NCBI GenBank assembly: GCA_934133165.1
Contig: CAKPAW010000002.1
Span: 4,417 to 68,416, forward strand
Source: an uncultured Clostridia bacterium
GTDB taxonomy: Bacteria > Bacillota > Clostridia > TANB77 > CAG-508
Length of the DNA: 64,000 nucleotides
Direction of reading: 5' to 3'
Part shown: positions 61,130 to 64,000 of the stretch, one piece after another
Numbering within the stretch: position 1 is the first letter of the stretch
Layout: every line of letters starts with the position of its first letter
Translations under genes and position numbers: made by a program
The notes under the pieces: generated by a model
What the model saw: only the letters and a program-made list of their open reading frames with translations
What the model was told of the DNA's origin: nothing
Database searches by the model: none

Positions 61130-62635
61130 ATGCACTATGGAAGAAAAAGAGCAATTATAATTGCAAGTATAATAATTGGAGTACTATTAATATTAGGAAT
61201 AGGGGGAACAATATTATATTTAAAAACAGATATATTTAAGTCAAATCAAAGTTTATTTTTTAAATATATAGAACAAGCAGCAAAAGGAATAGAATATACA
61301 CCAAATGCAAATATGACAAATAATATTAATAGAATAAAAGAAGAACCTTTCACATTAGCGGGAAATTTAAGCTATGAAACAGATGAAAAAAATAATCCTA
61401 CAAAAAATGCATTAAAAAATATGAAGTTTGTAGTAGAAGCAAAAGTAGATAATTCTGCAAAAAAAGCATATGGAATAGGAACATTAAAAAGCAATAATCA
61501 AGACTTATTTAAATTAGAATATGCAAATACAGATAATATATATGCTCTAAAATCAGATGAAGTAGTAACAGCATTTATTGGAGTAGAAAATCAAAATTTA
61601 AAAGTTTTAGCTCAAAAATTAGGAATAACAAATACAAGTAATATTCCAAATAGTGTAGCACCAATACTTAATTTATGTGAAACATTAAATTTAACAGAAG
61701 ATGAAAAATCACATATATATGAAACATATATGCCAGTATTAGAACAAAATATAGAAAAAAGTAATTTTACAAAAAATAAAGATATTGCAATAAGCAGAGA
61801 TGGAGTAGTTTATAATACTACAGGATATCGTTTAGAATTAAGTGCCTCTGAACTAAAACAAATAGAAATAAAACTATTACAAGCATTAAAAGAAGATAGC
61901 ATAACATTAAACTTAATAACAACCAAAGCTAAAACATTTAATTTAGAGGAAAAATATACTCAAATAAATACTTTGGTTCAAGAAATAGATAGTTTAATAA
62001 ATAAAATAAATAAAGAAAGTACAAATTCACAAGACGGAATAATCATTACTGTCTATGTAGAAAATGGAAAAGTAGTAACAACAGAAATAATATATAAAAA
62101 TGAAGTTAAATATACTATTTATGGTCAAAAAGAAAACAATGCAAATAGTTACTATATATTAATAGAAAATTTGAGTACCACAGAGGAATATAACAAAATA
62201 GAGATAAAAACTGAAGAAACTAGTAGCAACAATTCATCAACTTTAAGTGTATTAATTAATATAAATAATAAAAAAGGAATAGAAGTTTATTTAGAAAATG
62301 CAAATGATAATGAAGAAGATACTTTTAAAACAAATTGTGAAGTAACTATTAATGAAGAAGATAATAAAAATTCTATATTAAGCTATGAACAAGAAATAGC
62401 CTTCAAAGAAAGTATTACAGATATAGTAAAAATAGATAGAAATAATTGTGCAGTATTGAATGACTATCCAACAGAACAACTACAAGTATTAGTAAAAAGC
62501 TTAGTACAAAGAGTACAAGAACTTATAAATCAAAAGGCACAAGCTGTTGGAATTCCACTAAATATTAATGTACAAGGAAATGCAGATACAACTGATAGTA
62601 CTGAGAATAGTGTGGATAATAATACACAAGAATAA
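61130..62635 (+). CDS. membrane-anchored hypothetical protein (501 aa)
   Basis: N-terminal TM 'AIIIASIIIGVLLILGIGGTILYL'; Asn/Lys-rich; no family recognised. Confidence 0.4.
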   Translation: MHYGRKRAIIIASIIIGVLLILGIGGTILYLKTDIFKSNQSLFFKYIEQAAKGIEYTPNANMTNNINRIKEEPFTLAGNLSYETDEKNNPTKNALKNMKFVVEAKVDNSAKKAYGIGTLKSNNQDLFKLEYANTDNIYALKSDEVVTAFIGVENQNLKVLAQKLGITNTSNIPNSVAPILNLCETLNLTEDEKSHIYETYMPVLEQNIEKSNFTKNKDIAISRDGVVYNTTGYRLELSASELKQIEIKLLQALKEDSITLNLITTKAKTFNLEEKYTQINTLVQEIDSLINKINKESTNSQDGIIITVYVENGKVVTTEIIYKNEVKYTIYGQKENNANSYYILIENLSTTEEYNKIEIKTEETSSNNSSTLSVLININNKKGIEVYLENANDNEEDTFKTNCEVTINEEDNKNSILSYEQEIAFKESITDIVKIDRNNCAVLNDYPTEQLQVLVKSLVQRVQELINQKAQAVGIPLNINVQGNADTTDSTENSVDNNTQE

Positions 62636-62693
62636 TATTTAATTTATATCATTAAAATTATAACAAAACGAATTGTAAAATTCACAAAAAATA

Positions 62694-62721
62694 TTGACGA
62701 AATCTAAAAAAGTAGTATAAT
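62694..62721 (+). promoter_or_regulatory. promoter (TTGACG-16-TATAAT) for the thrS T-box leader
   Basis: seen directly. Confidence 0.5.
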
Positions 62722-62729
62722 AGAAATAT

Positions 62730-62968
62730 AGTAAAAATAAAAACAAAAATGAGACAAAGTAAAATTAAGGTTGCTTAAAGAGAATACTTGTCACCGGCTG
62801 AAAGCAAGTAAAAGTAAACAAATTTGAAAAACTACCTCATTAGTTGCTAGTAAAAAGCTAGACGTATTTACCTGCGTTAAAGGAGTAAATTAAGTAAAAA
62901 ATAGGATGGAACCGTGTAAAAAGCACTCCTAGGTATATGTAAAAATATATCTAGAGAGTGCTTTTTTT
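62730..62968 (+). promoter_or_regulatory. T-box riboswitch leader (Thr ACC specifier candidate) with terminator
   Basis: T-box sequence 'aataggatggaaccgtg'; 'aactacctcat' provides an ACC specifier; terminator 'aaagcactcct...agagtgcttttttt'. Confidence 0.7.
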
Positions 62969-63038
62969 GTATTTTTTGCACATAAAAAATTGCAGACAAA
63001 TATAAAATTAGGTTACCAACCAAAAGGGGGAATATAAA

Positions 63039-64000
63039 ATGTTTAAAATTAAATTAGACGGAGGAAAAACAATGGAAGTAGAAGAAAGTATGTATTGGCA
63101 TACAACAGCTCATATTTTAGCACAAGCTGTTAAAAGATTATTTCCAAATTACAAATTAACAATAGGTCCAGCAATAGAAAATGGATTCTATTATGATTTT
63201 GATGTAGAAAAACCATTTACAGAAGATGATATATCTGCATTAGAAGAAGAAATGAAAAAAATAATTAAAGAAGATTTAACTATTGAAAGATTCGAACTTC
63301 CAAGAAAAGAAGCTATTAAATTAATGGAAGAAAGAGAAGAACCATACAAAGTAGAATTAATTAGAGATTTACCAGAAGGAGAAGTAATATCATTTTATAA
63401 ACAAGGTGAATTTGTTGACCTTTGCCGTGGTCCACATTTACCTTCAACAGGAAAAGTTAAAGCAATAAAATTAACTTCAATGTCTTCAAGCTATTGGAGA
63501 GGAGATGCTAATAACCAAACATTACAAAGAGTTTATGGAATTTCTTTCCCAAAGGCATCTGAACTTGAAGAATATTTAACAAAATTAGAAGAAGCAAAAC
63601 AAAGAGACCATAGAAAACTAGGTAAAGAACTAGGAATTTTTATGACTCATGACTTAGTAGGAAAAGGACTTCCAATGTACTTACCAAATGGTTGCATGGT
63701 ATGGGATTTATTAGAAAATTATATTAAAGGAAAAGAAAGAAAATTAGGCTATAAGCATGTTTTAACTCCACCACTAGCAAGCGTAGATTTATATAAAACA
63801 TCAGGACACTGGGAACATTACAAAGATAGTATGTTTCCTAAGATGGAAGTTGAAGGAGAAGAATTTGTACTTCGTCCAATGAACTGCCCACATCATATGA
63901 TGATATATGCAAACAGTATACATTCATACAAAGATTTACCAATTAGAATTGGTGAAATTGCAAGAGATTGTAGATATGAAGCAAGCGGAACATTAAAAGG
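63039..64000 (+). CDS. thrS: threonyl-tRNA synthetase (3' partial, runs off window)
   Basis: 'HTTAHILAQAVKRLFPNYKLTIGPAIENGFYYDFD' TGS/second-additional domain; RBS 'aaggggg'. Confidence 0.85.
   Translation, partial: MFKIKLDGGKTMEVEESMYWHTTAHILAQAVKRLFPNYKLTIGPAIENGFYYDFDVEKPFTEDDISALEEEMKKIIKEDLTIERFELPRKEAIKLMEEREEPYKVELIRDLPEGEVISFYKQGEFVDLCRGPHLPSTGKVKAIKLTSMSSSYWRGDANNQTLQRVYGISFPKASELEEYLTKLEEAKQRDHRKLGKELGIFMTHDLVGKGLPMYLPNGCMVWDLLENYIKGKERKLGYKHVLTPPLASVDLYKTSGHWEHYKDSMFPKMEVEGEEFVLRPMNCPHHMMIYANSIHSYKDLPIRIGEIARDCRYEASGTLK

Overview
This is a low-GC (~27%) Firmicute chromosomal window; gpr, ytvI and the gene order holA-gpr and tig-clpP-clpX suggest a Clostridium-like organism. Housekeeping genes called with high confidence: holA, gpr, pgi, trxA plus a TrxB-like reductase, murI, dnaE, tig, clpP, clpX, eno, dxs, lepA, rlmB, a Ca2+ P-type ATPase, and a T-box leader in front of thrS (3' partial). 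Four tRNAs are present: Leu-CAA, Gly-UCC twice, and Gln-CUG. The two tRNA-Gly genes bracket a ~14 kb accessory segment (11.8-26.0 kb) containing a stand-alone radical SAM gene with a viperin-like cluster motif, tandem zinc-ribbon membrane proteins with a PrsW-family protease, and a small peptide/protein/NT5C-like nucleotidase module. It also contains a Tn4451-like module (large serine recombinase, TnpV-like, MobC-like) organised around two ~470-bp direct repeats and a 57-bp direct repeat overlapping the tRNA-Gly 3' end. The most unusual feature is a dispersed ~40-bp palindromic mini-repeat (core GGGACGTTTCC / GGAAACGTCCC flanked by CAAAAGGGACAGAT). It occurs at least six times, including twice in-frame inside dnaE, once more near the dnaE 3' end, and once in the N-terminus of rlmB. 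It behaves like a Rickettsia-RPE-type element that inserts into coding sequence. Other notable items: two further intergenic repeat families (two copies each), a promoter-driven tandem 52-nt repeat between glucosaminidase and ComEC-like genes, two probable frameshifted genes, a membrane-tethered sigma factor, and an HD(dGTPase-like)-CYTH fusion co-transcribed with a Ppx/GppA-like gene. No CRISPR array or rRNA was found.
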